Positions 8,268-17,729 of a stretch of DNA of 32,000 bases are shown piece after piece. A model generated the notes under the pieces. The model was not told the origin of the DNA. It searched no databases and worked only from the letters and a program-made list of their open reading frames with translations. Position 1 is the first letter of the stretch. Each line of letters opens with the position of its first letter. The DNA is from Sedimentisphaera cyanobacteriorum (lineage in GTDB: Bacteria; Planctomycetota; Phycisphaerae; Sedimentisphaerales; Sedimentisphaeraceae), in contig NZ_CP019633.1 in the NCBI RefSeq assembly GCF_001997385.1, positions 2,790,001-2,822,000 of the forward strand, read 5' to 3'. A program made the translations under genes and the position numbers.

Positions 8268-9974
8268 TTGAATAACAAACCGGGCTTTATAAAAATCTTT
8301 TTGTCTGCTCTGATTTTCGTATGCACCGCTTTAGGGCACACGCTGAGAATCGATGATTTTCTAAGTGAAAATGACAATGATATATATGCCTCCTTTGAAA
8401 AGGCGATTGCCGAGGCTCAGAATTTGCCCGGAGAATCGATTATTGAGCTCTCCGGAAAAACCTACGCTTTCCCGCCGAGGGAAGACAGCTGGTGCTGTTT
8501 GAAGCTTAAGGACATTTCTAATTTAATCATAGAGGGAAACCAGAGCACTGTGATGCTCAGCCCGGGGAATAATTTTATTTATCTCGCAGGCTGCAGCAGC
8601 ATCGAAATCCGAAACCTCAAGATAGACTATTCCCGTCTGCCTTTTATTCAGGGAAGGATTGTAAAGGCATTCCCCGAAGACGGCGTTCTGCTCGGGAAAA
8701 CCGCCGAAGGCTTCAGCCCGATAACTGCTGAAGAAAACCTTAGACACTGCGCTTTGCTGGAAGAGATAAAATATACGCATAAATGGTTCTACCTCAGCTC
8801 GGTGGAAAAGCTCTCAGATACCATTATAAAACTAAAGGCAAAGCCCGAACACAAGGGCAGAATATCAGAAGTGCAGGAGGGGATGAATTTTGTTTTCGCT
8901 GCACCTGAGCTTTCCAAGAAGCAAAGAGAAAAGCGTTTTGATACAAAAAAGATTCGCGGAAGCAGGGTTTTCCAGACAACCCCTTCAGGTGTGTTTCAAG
9001 CGGCCGAATGCGAGAACCTGAAGTTTAGCAATATTCGCCATTATATAAGCCCTTCAATGACATACCGCCTCACCGGCTGCCGGAAAGTGCAGATGGAACG
9101 GGTTCAGATTCTCAAAAAGCCGCGTACAGAAAGGCTTGCCGCTTCACTATCTGACGGTATGCACATAAAAGACTGCGACGCAGTTCGTATTGAGAGCTGC
9201 CATTTTGAGGCCCTTCTGGATGATTCGGTAAATATTTCGTCTATGGCTTATGAAGTTCTAAAGCAGCTTTCCCCGGCAGTATATAAGGTTCGATACGGCA
9301 ATATCATCTGGTACGACGCGCCGGTGAAAAAGGGGCAGACAGCTCTTCTCTTCGATCCGCTCAAGGCCGAAATTACAGACCGCATAAAAATTGAGCAGGT
9401 GAAATTCACTGCAAACAGAGAGCGGATTATAACGCTTGCCCGTCCGCCGGAGAACATTGATATAGAAGCAATAAAGAATGAGGGGCTTAGACCAAGCTTT
9501 TTTGTTCAAACTGAGGATCCTGCAATAGTTACAAACTGCACCTTCCGCAATCAGATGAAGGTGGGGATTGTGGCCAGAACCCCGGCACGCATAAGAAACT
9601 GCGATTTCAGCAGAACAGCTATGGGAGTGCACAGCTTCAATTCATTCAAATTCGCTGAAGGCCCGATACCCGAAGATATTGTAATAAGAAACAACACCTT
9701 CTCCGAGATTCTATACTGTCCGATTTCTGTAAGCCGGCTCGGAAAGGGCGAGCTCAAGCCCGCCGGCGGGGCGGTAACAATAGACAGCAATCAGATTACG
9801 ATGGATTCAGACTGCGGCGTATCCGTGAGCGGGATTAAGGATGTTAGTATTGTGCGAAATATCATATATCCCTCAGACAGGCCTCTGCCAGCTCTTGAGC
9901 CGATAAAAATCAGAAACTGCGCCGATGTTACCCTTGTCCCCGTGGGCAAGGGATTCTTCGAGCTCTCAAAATAA
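8268..9974 (+). CDS. Secreted right-handed parallel beta-helix (PbH1 repeat) protein, probable glycoside hydrolase or polysaccharide lyase of unassigned family
   Basis: TTG start 10 nt after the regulator stop, preceded by AGGTG. Signal peptide FIKIFLSALIFVCTALG. Periodic beta-helix rungs: IRNLKIDYS, FSNIRHY, VTNCTFRNQ, IRNCDFSRT, IRNNTFSEI, VRNIIY. Confidence 0.7.
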   Translation: MNNKPGFIKIFLSALIFVCTALGHTLRIDDFLSENDNDIYASFEKAIAEAQNLPGESIIELSGKTYAFPPREDSWCCLKLKDISNLIIEGNQSTVMLSPGNNFIYLAGCSSIEIRNLKIDYSRLPFIQGRIVKAFPEDGVLLGKTAEGFSPITAEENLRHCALLEEIKYTHKWFYLSSVEKLSDTIIKLKAKPEHKGRISEVQEGMNFVFAAPELSKKQREKRFDTKKIRGSRVFQTTPSGVFQAAECENLKFSNIRHYISPSMTYRLTGCRKVQMERVQILKKPRTERLAASLSDGMHIKDCDAVRIESCHFEALLDDSVNISSMAYEVLKQLSPAVYKVRYGNIIWYDAPVKKGQTALLFDPLKAEITDRIKIEQVKFTANRERIITLARPPENIDIEAIKNEGLRPSFFVQTEDPAIVTNCTFRNQMKVGIVARTPARIRNCDFSRTAMGVHSFNSFKFAEGPIPEDIVIRNNTFSEILYCPISVSRLGKGELKPAGGAVTIDSNQITMDSDCGVSVSGIKDVSIVRNIIYPSDRPLPALEPIKIRNCADVTLVPVGKGFFELSK

Positions 9975-9990
9975 CCCTCCAAGCTGGGAT

Positions 9991-11394
9991 TTAGCTTCGT
10001 CTCTCTAAGAGCGTTCCGAAAAGCGTGAGTGCGGAGGTTTTCTCTATACTAACGTCTGCAAATTTTCCTGCAAGCTCTTCTGGGCCGTTAAACACAACTA
10101 TATAATCCCCGGCAGTTCTTCCGATAAGCTGGGGGTGGATTTGATTTTCTGCGCTGTTGAGATGGCCTTTGCTGCTCTTTCCTTCCACGAATACCCGAAA
10201 TACTTCGCCCTCGAATTTTTTGTTGTCCTCGCTGCTGATAGATTCCTGAAGGGCGAGCAGTTTAATATTCCTCTCCCGCTTTACCTTGTCGGGCACGTTA
10301 TCCTCAAGACGCTTCTCGGTGCTTGTCCCGGGCCGCGGTGAATATTTGAACGCGAAGATGTTCTTGTATCGGATCCGCTCAACGAGCTTCTCTGTATCGC
10401 GGAAATCCTCATCGGTTTCCCCGGGGAAGCCCACGATAAAATCCCCCGCAACAGCAATATCCGGAACGTATTCTCGGGCCTCATCTATCAGGCGGATGTA
10501 ATCTTCCGCAGAGTATTTTCGATTCATAGCCTTCAGGATACGCTCAGACCCGCTCTGGGCGGGCAGATGCAGATACGGGCAAACCTTGTCGATATCTGCG
10601 ACCGCCTTGAAAAGCGGGGCGGTATAATCCATATACGGATAGTTGGTAACAAAGCTGATCCATTCAATCCCGTCGATCTCGGCGGTTTTCTCAAGCAGAT
10701 TATGCAGGCGGTATTCGGTCCCGTTTTCTTTATGCCTGTAGGAGTTTACGGTCTGCCCGAGCAGGGTAATCTGCCTGACGCCCGAATCTGCGAGCCTGCG
10801 TATCTGCTGGAGGATTTTCTCGGGGCTTCTGGATATTTCCGGCCCGCGTACAAAAGGCACGATGCAGTAGCTGCAGAAGTTGTTGCAGCCCCTCATTACC
10901 CGCACAAACGCCTTGTTTTTGTGTTCAGTCAGGTTTGGCGAGTTCTCAAGCTCAAACTCATCAAGCATATTTGAGTTTTGAGGAGAGGGTGATTTTCTGA
11001 TATGAGCCGAAACGTTAAGAATCCCGCCTTTTCGGTCTTCCAGCTTTTTCAGCACCATCGCTTTGAGCTCCGGAATCTGCCCGGGCCCGCAAACAATATC
11101 CACTTCGTCCCTCTCGAGAAGGGAGCTGCCGAGTCTCTGAGCCATGCACCCGATTACACCCACAACAACCTTGCGACCGCTGCGTTTGAGGTGTTTTGCA
11201 TATCCGAGGCGGGAGAGAACCCGCTGTTCGGCATGCTCTCGCACCGAACAGGTGTTCATAAGTATTACGTCCGCCTCATTTTGGTTATTAGTTAGCTCGA
11301 ATCCCTCTTTCGTGAATTCCGCTTCTACAAGGCTTGTGTCCAGTTTGTTCATCTGGCAGCCGAAGCTGACTATGTAAAGTTTATTTTTATTCAT
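9991..11394 (-). CDS. miaB: tRNA-i6A37 methylthiotransferase MiaB (radical SAM + TRAM)
   Basis: 467 aa. Motifs: N-terminal UPF0004 LYIVSFGCQMNKLDT...NTCSVREHAE, radical-SAM MRGCNNFCSYCIVPFVRGPE, and a C-terminal TRAM-like segment. Confidence 0.9.
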   Translation of the reverse strand: MNKNKLYIVSFGCQMNKLDTSLVEAEFTKEGFELTNNQNEADVILMNTCSVREHAEQRVLSRLGYAKHLKRSGRKVVVGVIGCMAQRLGSSLLERDEVDIVCGPGQIPELKAMVLKKLEDRKGGILNVSAHIRKSPSPQNSNMLDEFELENSPNLTEHKNKAFVRVMRGCNNFCSYCIVPFVRGPEISRSPEKILQQIRRLADSGVRQITLLGQTVNSYRHKENGTEYRLHNLLEKTAEIDGIEWISFVTNYPYMDYTAPLFKAVADIDKVCPYLHLPAQSGSERILKAMNRKYSAEDYIRLIDEAREYVPDIAVAGDFIVGFPGETDEDFRDTEKLVERIRYKNIFAFKYSPRPGTSTEKRLEDNVPDKVKRERNIKLLALQESISSEDNKKFEGEVFRVFVEGKSSKGHLNSAENQIHPQLIGRTAGDYIVVFNGPEELAGKFADVSIEKTSALTLFGTLLERRS

Positions 11395-11562
11395 AAGCCT
11401 CGAAGTATACTCAGCACAGCCGAGAAATCAATTTGTCCGTGATAAAAGCGGCTGTACGGAGGGGGTATGATTTGCTCTGAAATATTAGTTTGTTGCAAAA
11501 AATAAGCTTATGTGTATCCTTATAATTTTATAAATCCAAGTCAGTTCTGGAGATAAAGCAGT

Positions 11563-12348
11563 TTGAAGCTTAATATACTTTGCATTGGGGATATTGTCGG
11601 AAGGCCGGGCAGGGAGGTTCTTGAAAAGGTTCTCCCCGGGCTGAAAAGTGCGCACGGGATAGACTGCGTAATAGCGAATGCGGAAAACAGCGCAGCCGGC
11701 TCCGGCATCACTCCAAAACTCTACAAGTCTGTCAGGGCCTGCGGAGTTGATATAATCACCCTCGGAGACCATGCCTACAAAAGGCGGGAAATCGTTCCCA
11801 TACTTGAAGAGAACCGCGATATAATAAGGCCCGCAAACCTGAGCCGGTCTGCCCCGGGATGTTCTGAGGTGATTTTCAATACAGCAAAGGGGGCATCAGT
11901 GGGAGTTATCTCCCTTATCGGAAGGGTCTTTATGCAGCCTGCGAACTGCCCGTTTGAGCATTGCGATAATATCCTCGGAAGGCTCAGAAAACAGGCGGAT
12001 ATCATAGTAGCGGAAGTGCACGGGGAAGCGACCAGCGAAAAGGCTGCCTTAGCCCATTACCTCGACGGAAAGGTGAGCTTTGTATTTGGAACTCATACGC
12101 ACGTGCAAACCGCTGATGAGAGAATTCTCCCTAAAGGGACGGGCTTTATCACTGATATCGGCATGACAGGCCCGTTTCATTCAATCATAGGCCGTGATAT
12201 TGAAAACGTTATAAAGTCAATGCGCACTCAGGTGAATTTTCCCTTCGATGTGGCATCAGAAGATTTGAGGCTCTCCGGAGTGATTGCAGTGATAGACACC
12301 GCTTCAGGGAAGACTGAATCAGTTACGCGCGTAATTGAAAAATCCTAA
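11563..12348 (+). CDS. ymdB: YmdB-family metallophosphoesterase (TIGR00282; 2',3'-cyclic-nucleotide phosphodiesterase-like)
   Basis: 261 aa with a TTG start after GGAGA. Motifs: ILCIGDIVGRPGR, VIANAENSAAGSGIT, ITLGDHAY, GTHTHVQTADERILPKGTGFITDIGMTGP. Confidence 0.85.
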   Translation: MKLNILCIGDIVGRPGREVLEKVLPGLKSAHGIDCVIANAENSAAGSGITPKLYKSVRACGVDIITLGDHAYKRREIVPILEENRDIIRPANLSRSAPGCSEVIFNTAKGASVGVISLIGRVFMQPANCPFEHCDNILGRLRKQADIIVAEVHGEATSEKAALAHYLDGKVSFVFGTHTHVQTADERILPKGTGFITDIGMTGPFHSIIGRDIENVIKSMRTQVNFPFDVASEDLRLSGVIAVIDTASGKTESVTRVIEKS

Positions 12349-12349
12349 C

Positions 12350-12378
12350 TTGAAAACCATCTTTGCTAATGTTATAAA
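12350..12378 (+). promoter_or_regulatory. Candidate sigma70-type promoter for ppx-ppk
   Basis: TTGAAA (12350-12355), 17-nt spacer, TATAAA (12373-12378), about 67 nt upstream of ppx ATG 12445. Consensus match only. Confidence 0.3.
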
Positions 12379-12444
12379 AACAGATTGCGCATAATAAAGC
12401 AGCTGAAATTCTGATTATTCAACCAGCTGAAAGAGGTAAGCCAA

Positions 12445-13998
12445 ATGAATGATTTTGAAGGAAAAAATCTGCCTGAAACAAGGGCGGTTATAGATATAGG
12501 TTCAACTTCCATCAGGATGGTGATTGCGGAGATCAAACCAGACGGCATCCGCCAGATTGAAACTCTCAGCAAAGATACCAACCTCGGCAGAGACACCTTC
12601 AAGAAAGGCCTGATCAGCATTGAAACCGCAGAGATCTGCGTTTCCGTTCTCCGGGGATTCAAGCGGGTGCTTGCAGAATACGGCATCGACAGCCCTGAGA
12701 GAATCAAGGCCGTAGCTACAAGCGCAGTGCGTGAGGCAAAAAACAGCGAAACATTCGTTGACCGCGTTTATATGGCAGTTGGTATAAAGGTTGATGTAAT
12801 AGACGGGGCAGATGTAAACCGCCTTACATTCTTCGGCCTTCAAAAGGCCTTTAGCAGTGAACCTGTGCTTGCAGATAATAAAGTGCTTGTTGTAGAGGTT
12901 GGCGGCGGGTCGCTTGAGCTTATAGGGATGGATAGAGGACGGGTTTCGTTCTCCCAGACCTACCGGCTCGGGTCATTCCGGCTCCGGGAGAGGGTGGAAA
13001 ATGTTGCTGCCGGCCCCAACGAAACTCTCGAGATATACGAAGCGGAGATTTCAAAAACCGTACGCCAGATTCACGAATATCTCGGCAGGACTGCAAATCA
13101 GAAGCTGCTTGCTCTGGGCGGTGATGCAAGGTTCGCCGCCTCGATGCTCAATAAAAAATGGGATGGCGAGTCTATCTCTTCGATAAATCTTTCATCTCTA
13201 AACAGGCTTGTTGAGTCTGTTATAAATCAAAACGAAGAAAGCCTCGTTCAAAAGTACAATATGTCTTTTGCAGATGCCGAAACACTCGCCCCGGCCCTGA
13301 AGATACTTGCCTGCCTCGCAGGCGAACTGCATATACGTTCGATCCTCGTGGGCACTTCCACCCTGCGCGACGGGCTTTTGTATGAGCTTGCTAACGGAGG
13401 GGCCTGGACAAGAAGCTTTATGGAGCAGGTGGAATATTCAGTCAGAACGGTGGGCGAGAAATACGGCTATACCCGTGAGCACGCTGATTTTGTGAAGGAT
13501 ATATCTCTGAGGCTTTTCAGAGAAATGAAATTTGAGCATAAACTCTCCCGCCATTATGAAGGAATACTTGTGGTGGCGGCTCTTCTGCACGATATCGGCA
13601 AATATATCAGCAACAGAAGCCATCACAAACACAGTCAGTATCTAATTGAAAACAGCGACATATTCGGCCTGAGCGATAGAGACACCTCAATCGCTGCCCT
13701 TGTTGCAAGGTATCACCGCCGGTCTTTGCCGAAGGCCTCACATGAGAAGTATGTTTCGCTGGATAAGGATACAAGACTCACTGTAAAAAAACTCGGCTCT
13801 ATACTTCGCGTGGCTGATTCTCTGGACTACAGCAGGCAGTTCAAGGCTGAAGATATATCTATAGAACGAACAAACAGCGAACTTTTATTCAAGATTTCAA
13901 CTAATAGAGATATAGCCGCTGAGAAAGTCGTGGTCAGCGAGAAGTCTGAATGGTTTGAAAGGGTTTACGGCCATAAAGTGAAATTCACTGCCTGCTGA
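12445..13998 (+). CDS. ppx: Ppx/GppA-family exopolyphosphatase with C-terminal HD domain
   Basis: 517 aa. Contains the ASKHA phosphate-1 motif AVIDIGSTSIRMVIAE, VVEVGGGSLEL, and the HD region AALLHDIGKYIS..HHKHSQYLI. Confidence 0.85.
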   Translation: MNDFEGKNLPETRAVIDIGSTSIRMVIAEIKPDGIRQIETLSKDTNLGRDTFKKGLISIETAEICVSVLRGFKRVLAEYGIDSPERIKAVATSAVREAKNSETFVDRVYMAVGIKVDVIDGADVNRLTFFGLQKAFSSEPVLADNKVLVVEVGGGSLELIGMDRGRVSFSQTYRLGSFRLRERVENVAAGPNETLEIYEAEISKTVRQIHEYLGRTANQKLLALGGDARFAASMLNKKWDGESISSINLSSLNRLVESVINQNEESLVQKYNMSFADAETLAPALKILACLAGELHIRSILVGTSTLRDGLLYELANGGAWTRSFMEQVEYSVRTVGEKYGYTREHADFVKDISLRLFREMKFEHKLSRHYEGILVVAALLHDIGKYISNRSHHKHSQYLIENSDIFGLSDRDTSIAALVARYHRRSLPKASHEKYVSLDKDTRLTVKKLGSILRVADSLDYSRQFKAEDISIERTNSELLFKISTNRDIAAEKVVVSEKSEWFERVYGHKVKFTAC

Positions 13999-14026
13999 AT
14001 TAAGCAAAGGCTGAAGGAGCTGATTT

Positions 14027-16132
14027 ATGAGAAAAGACATTGCCTGCACTAACAGAGAGCTGAGCTGGATAGAATTTAATTTCAGGGTGCTTTATCAGGC
14101 ATTCGACAAGAATAATCCTCTTCTGGAGAGGCTGAAATTCATTGCGATTACAGCATCAAATCTTGATGAGTTTATTATGGTTCGCGTGGGCGGGCTTATG
14201 TATATGCGGAAAAAGGGCAAACGCAGAAAAGACCCCTCAGGCATGACACCTTACGCCCAGCTCAAAGCGATTAACAAGCGGGTTAATCAAATGTACAGAG
14301 AGCAGTACACCCATTACAGCAAAACCCTTGAGCCTGCTCTTGCGGAAAAGGGCTTTAATCGCAAAAGATACAATGAACTCAGTCCTGAACAGAAAAGCTT
14401 CCTGAGTGATTATGTTTCCAGAGAGCTCGCCCCAGTGCTTACTCCTTCTGCTGTAGAGCTGGGAGCTGTTAAGCCCTTAATCCATAACCTCGAGCTGCAT
14501 ATTTTAGCCCGCATACAGGGAGACAAAAAGGACAGGGACAAATATGCTGTGATGCCGCTGGGGTTTGAAACCAAACGCTTTATTATCCTTCCTTCAGAGG
14601 CGGGCAGATGCGAGTTTATCCTCCTCGAGGATGCTGTAAAAGCGCATATCTCAAATTGGTTTGAGGGATGCAGAGTTCTAGAATGCTGCTCTTTCCGACC
14701 AACGAGAAACGCTGATATCGAGCTGCAGGAGGACGAAGCCCCGGACCTGCTTACGGGCATGGAGGAAGTGCTTGAAGAGAGAAAAAGCAGCGACTGCATC
14801 AGGCTCGAAATAGAAAGCGGTATGTCCGAGAAGGGGGGTGAATTTCTGCGAGAGCTGCTCGAATGCGGTAAGAGATGGACTTTCCGTCTGGACGGGCCTC
14901 TAAACCTTAAGGCGTTTATGGATATGACTTCAATCGAGGGTTTCGAATCGCTCAAAAACGAGCCTTGGCAGCCCCAGCCATCAGACCAGATAGACCCGTC
15001 GGCAGGAATATTCGAACAGATACAGAAAAAAGACATACTTCTGTATCATCCGTACGAATCTTTCGATCCTGTAATCCGCTTTGTTGAAGAGGCTGCCGGC
15101 GATCCTTCAGTTCTTTCAATAAAGCTCGTGATATACAGAACAAGCTCAAAAAGCCCGATGGTAGCTGCGCTTAAAAGGGCAGCGGAAAACGGCAAATATG
15201 TTACTGCGCTTCTCGAGCTGAAGGCGAGATTCGATGAACGCTCGAATATTGAATGGGCGAGGATGCTCGAGAACTCCGGAGTGCAGGTGATTTACGGGGT
15301 GAAGGGGCTGAAAACGCATTCTAAGGTTTGCGTTGTGGTTCGAAGGGAGGAAGCTGGCGTAGTTCGATACGTTCATTACGGCACAGGCAACTACAACGAC
15401 AAAACAGCAAAGCTGTATAGCGATATAAGCTATATGACCTGCAATGAAGCCCTAGGCTTTGATGCCACAGCCTTTTTCAACTCAGTGAGCGGCTATTCCC
15501 AGCCCCAGAATCTGAGAAGGCTCTATATGTCTCCAATTACTCTCAGAAAAAAAATCACTCAAATGATAGAGGCCGAAACAGAGCGGGCTAAAAACAGCCA
15601 GAAGGCTGAGATTACAGCAAAGATGAACTCTCTGGTTGATAAAAATCTCATTGAAAAGCTCTACGCAGCCTCTCAGGCGGGCGTGGAAATTAAACTTAAT
15701 GTTCGAGGCATTTGCTGCCTCAAGCCAGGGGTGGAAGGGCTAAGCGAGAATATCACAGTTACCAGTATCGTTGACAGATTTCTCGAGCACGCAAGGATTT
15801 ACTGCTTCTACCATGGAGGAAACGAGAATATTTTCATCTCAAGCGCAGACTGGATGACAAGGAATCTCGATAAGCGCGTGGAACTGCTTGTCCCGATAGA
15901 CTCGGCAAACTGCAAAAAGCGTTTGAAAAGCTTCCTTAATACTCATCTTGCCGATAACGTAAGCAGCTGGACTCTCCTGCCGGACGGAAGCTATAAGAAA
16001 AACAGGCCTAAAAAAGGCGAAAAACGCATCAGGAGTCAGGAGCAGCTTTATCTTCAGGCCTGCCGACGGACAGAGAGGAAAAGGGGTAAAGTGGTTGACC
16101 AGCTAACTCCTCATATGGGCGAAAATTACTAA
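14027..16132 (+). CDS. ppk: Polyphosphate kinase 1
   Basis: 701 aa with AAGGAG 7 nt upstream. N-terminal NRELSWIEFNFRVL and LKFIAITASNLDEFIMVRVGG. PLD-like HKD halves (LKTHSKVCVVVRRE and FLEHARIYCF). Confidence 0.9.
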   Translation: MRKDIACTNRELSWIEFNFRVLYQAFDKNNPLLERLKFIAITASNLDEFIMVRVGGLMYMRKKGKRRKDPSGMTPYAQLKAINKRVNQMYREQYTHYSKTLEPALAEKGFNRKRYNELSPEQKSFLSDYVSRELAPVLTPSAVELGAVKPLIHNLELHILARIQGDKKDRDKYAVMPLGFETKRFIILPSEAGRCEFILLEDAVKAHISNWFEGCRVLECCSFRPTRNADIELQEDEAPDLLTGMEEVLEERKSSDCIRLEIESGMSEKGGEFLRELLECGKRWTFRLDGPLNLKAFMDMTSIEGFESLKNEPWQPQPSDQIDPSAGIFEQIQKKDILLYHPYESFDPVIRFVEEAAGDPSVLSIKLVIYRTSSKSPMVAALKRAAENGKYVTALLELKARFDERSNIEWARMLENSGVQVIYGVKGLKTHSKVCVVVRREEAGVVRYVHYGTGNYNDKTAKLYSDISYMTCNEALGFDATAFFNSVSGYSQPQNLRRLYMSPITLRKKITQMIEAETERAKNSQKAEITAKMNSLVDKNLIEKLYAASQAGVEIKLNVRGICCLKPGVEGLSENITVTSIVDRFLEHARIYCFYHGGNENIFISSADWMTRNLDKRVELLVPIDSANCKKRLKSFLNTHLADNVSSWTLLPDGSYKKNRPKKGEKRIRSQEQLYLQACRRTERKRGKVVDQLTPHMGENY

Positions 16133-16186
16133 AAAATCCTAAGCGAGGTTTTGCTTAACAGTGAAACAGGCTTGATTAGAATATTA

Positions 16187-16201
16187 GAGGCTAATTCACA
16201 G
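16187..16201 (+). repeat. Left copy of the direct repeat (target-site duplication) flanking the IS element
   Basis: GAGGCTAATTCACAG is identical to 17703-17717. The first 11 nt (16187-16197) are the likely true duplication; see the mobile_element entry. Confidence 0.8.
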
Positions 16202-17702
16202 CAATCCCATAGGCGCATAGAATTCCCATAGCAAGCTCTTTATTGCTCTTAAAATGGGGTTTTTGTTGAGTTTTTTCTTACCCCCAGTTTGCAACTTTTT
16301 TGGCTATGTTTCTGTTTGCCGCTTTTGTAGCTATTTTCTGCCGTTTGTTCTCTTTACATCGTCCTGTGTAAATCATTATCAAGGCTCAAAACCGGGCAAA
16401 TAAGCCCTTTGCGGGCTGCTTATCATACGGGGTGAGCCGCGTGCTGTCCCACAGGCTTCCATTACGCTAAATGCATCAAGTCGGCTGAATAATACGCCCC
16501 GAAGTAATGTGAACAAACGGCTAAAACTACCTTTCCATTCTCCGATATAACTTATAAACCGTATCAGAATATAAGCCAATAGCGCCATCCATACCTGCCA
16601 TAAAATGGCGTTTTGACTATGACCGAGAAAGTCTGATAACTGCAATGTCTGCTTGATTTGCTTAAAAAACACCTCGATACCCCAGCGAGATTTATATAAA
16701 TCACAGATACTGCTTGGCGCCCAAACGGTATTGTTGGTTATAAAAGACATCGTTCTTATCTTACCGTCTATCTCTACATCGGCTACGACAAGGCGCAATT
16801 GCTGCGGGTACGCTTCTTTGCTCTTGGGCGTTTCAAGCTCAATTATATAATCTGCGATGATATTGCCCTTAGACGACGTGTTATTGCAGATTACATTATA
16901 TCTCATATTCTCTTTGGCTCTTGTAACCCAGAAAACGCCTCTATTATCAAGCTCATAGAGGTGCTCAAAATCCACATAAGCCTTGTCAAAGACGGCAATC
17001 TCGCCATCTTTAAGGTTGGAGCATAGATTGTAGGCTTCGGTTGAATCGTGTGTTGAAGCCTCTTTTACTATGGCAAAATTAGGAAGGAAGGTCTGCAAAT
17101 TCAATTGCATATGACACTTAGCCGCTGCCTTACGCCTTCTATGCTTTGCCCAGTCAATACAATTAGCCACCAGTTGAATGGTGGTAGAATCAACTGCGAA
17201 AATGGCTCTTTTGAATCGTCTTGGCAGTCCAGAATATCTATGACCGTATCCGAAACTTGGAAACTTGCTTTTGATATGGGACAGCACTTGCCAGAATAAA
17301 TCTTCTGCCATGGCAGGGTCGCGAGTTCTATTAGCATGAGAAAGTCCGTTTCTGCTTGGCGGCGAGGCTTTACGAATGGTTGTCAATACCCCACAGTGAT
17401 TTCGCAAAGTATCGGCAACATCATTAAGTGAAAGACTATGAGCAAGATGCAGATGCAGCATCGATACAATATGCGACCATGGTGAAAATGAACGAGCCTG
17501 CTTGTCAATTCCGTGTTTTTTGGCTAATTTTGTTACCAAAAACGACGGAATCAGGTTGCAAATTTGGTTTAATACGGTAAAATTATGTTTAGTTGTTTTC
17601 ATAGGCTATCTTCTGTGTTTTATTTTTTTCACAGGAGTATAGCTTATGAACCTTATTTTTGAAGAAATTTAACAAAAAATCAGCTACCTATGGGATGGTA
17701 GT
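16198..17702 (-). mobile_element. IS4-family insertion sequence (about 1.5 kb), apparently intact
   Basis: Terminal inverted repeats ACAGCAATCCCATAGG (16198-16213) and the reverse complement of 17687-17702, ACTACCATCCCATAGG (13/16 match). It encodes one DDE transposase and is bracketed by an 11-15-bp perfect direct repeat. The left boundary is ambiguous between 16198 and 16202. Confidence 0.8.
16379..17602 (-). CDS. IS4-family DDE transposase (DUF4372-like N-terminus + DDE_Tnp_1)
   Basis: 407 aa. Catalytic-region motifs AVDSTTIQL and VFDKAYVDF, plus YKSRWGIEVFFKQIK, the IS4 Y-(2)-R-(3)-E-(6)-K signature. Confidence 0.9.
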   Translation of the reverse strand: MKTTKHNFTVLNQICNLIPSFLVTKLAKKHGIDKQARSFSPWSHIVSMLHLHLAHSLSLNDVADTLRNHCGVLTTIRKASPPSRNGLSHANRTRDPAMAEDLFWQVLSHIKSKFPSFGYGHRYSGLPRRFKRAIFAVDSTTIQLVANCIDWAKHRRRKAAAKCHMQLNLQTFLPNFAIVKEASTHDSTEAYNLCSNLKDGEIAVFDKAYVDFEHLYELDNRGVFWVTRAKENMRYNVICNNTSSKGNIIADYIIELETPKSKEAYPQQLRLVVADVEIDGKIRTMSFITNNTVWAPSSICDLYKSRWGIEVFFKQIKQTLQLSDFLGHSQNAILWQVWMALLAYILIRFISYIGEWKGSFSRLFTLLRGVLFSRLDAFSVMEACGTARGSPRMISSPQRAYLPGFEP

Positions 17703-17717
17703 GAGGCTAATTCACAG
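17703..17717 (+). repeat. Right copy of the direct repeat flanking the IS element
   Basis: GAGGCTAATTCACAG is identical to 16187-16201 and ends 12 nt before ATG 17730. Confidence 0.8.
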
Positions 17718-17729
17718 AAAGGTTAAAAA

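Noticed and set aside
14410-15376. Minus-strand ORFs inside ppk (14410-15036, 14952-15149, 15146-15376), and similar ones inside ppx, miaB, the sulfatases and the 1141-aa gene (for example 27300-27848 and 28971-29390)
   Set aside because: They are antisense to well-supported genes, have Ser/Arg-rich shadow-frame composition, and have no start context.
16254-16403. 49-aa Phe/Cys-rich plus-strand ORF inside the left end of the IS (MGFLLSFFLPPVCNFFGYVSVCRFCSYFLPFVLFTSSCVNHYQGSKPGK)
   Set aside because: It is a product of a T-rich strand, has no SD, and overlaps the transposase 3' end. It is most likely non-coding IS end sequence.
16187-17717. The 15-bp direct repeat as attL/attR of an integrated phage or island
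   Set aside because: The enclosed DNA is only 1.5 kb, encodes a single DDE transposase and has terminal inverted repeats. It is an ordinary IS with a target-site duplication.
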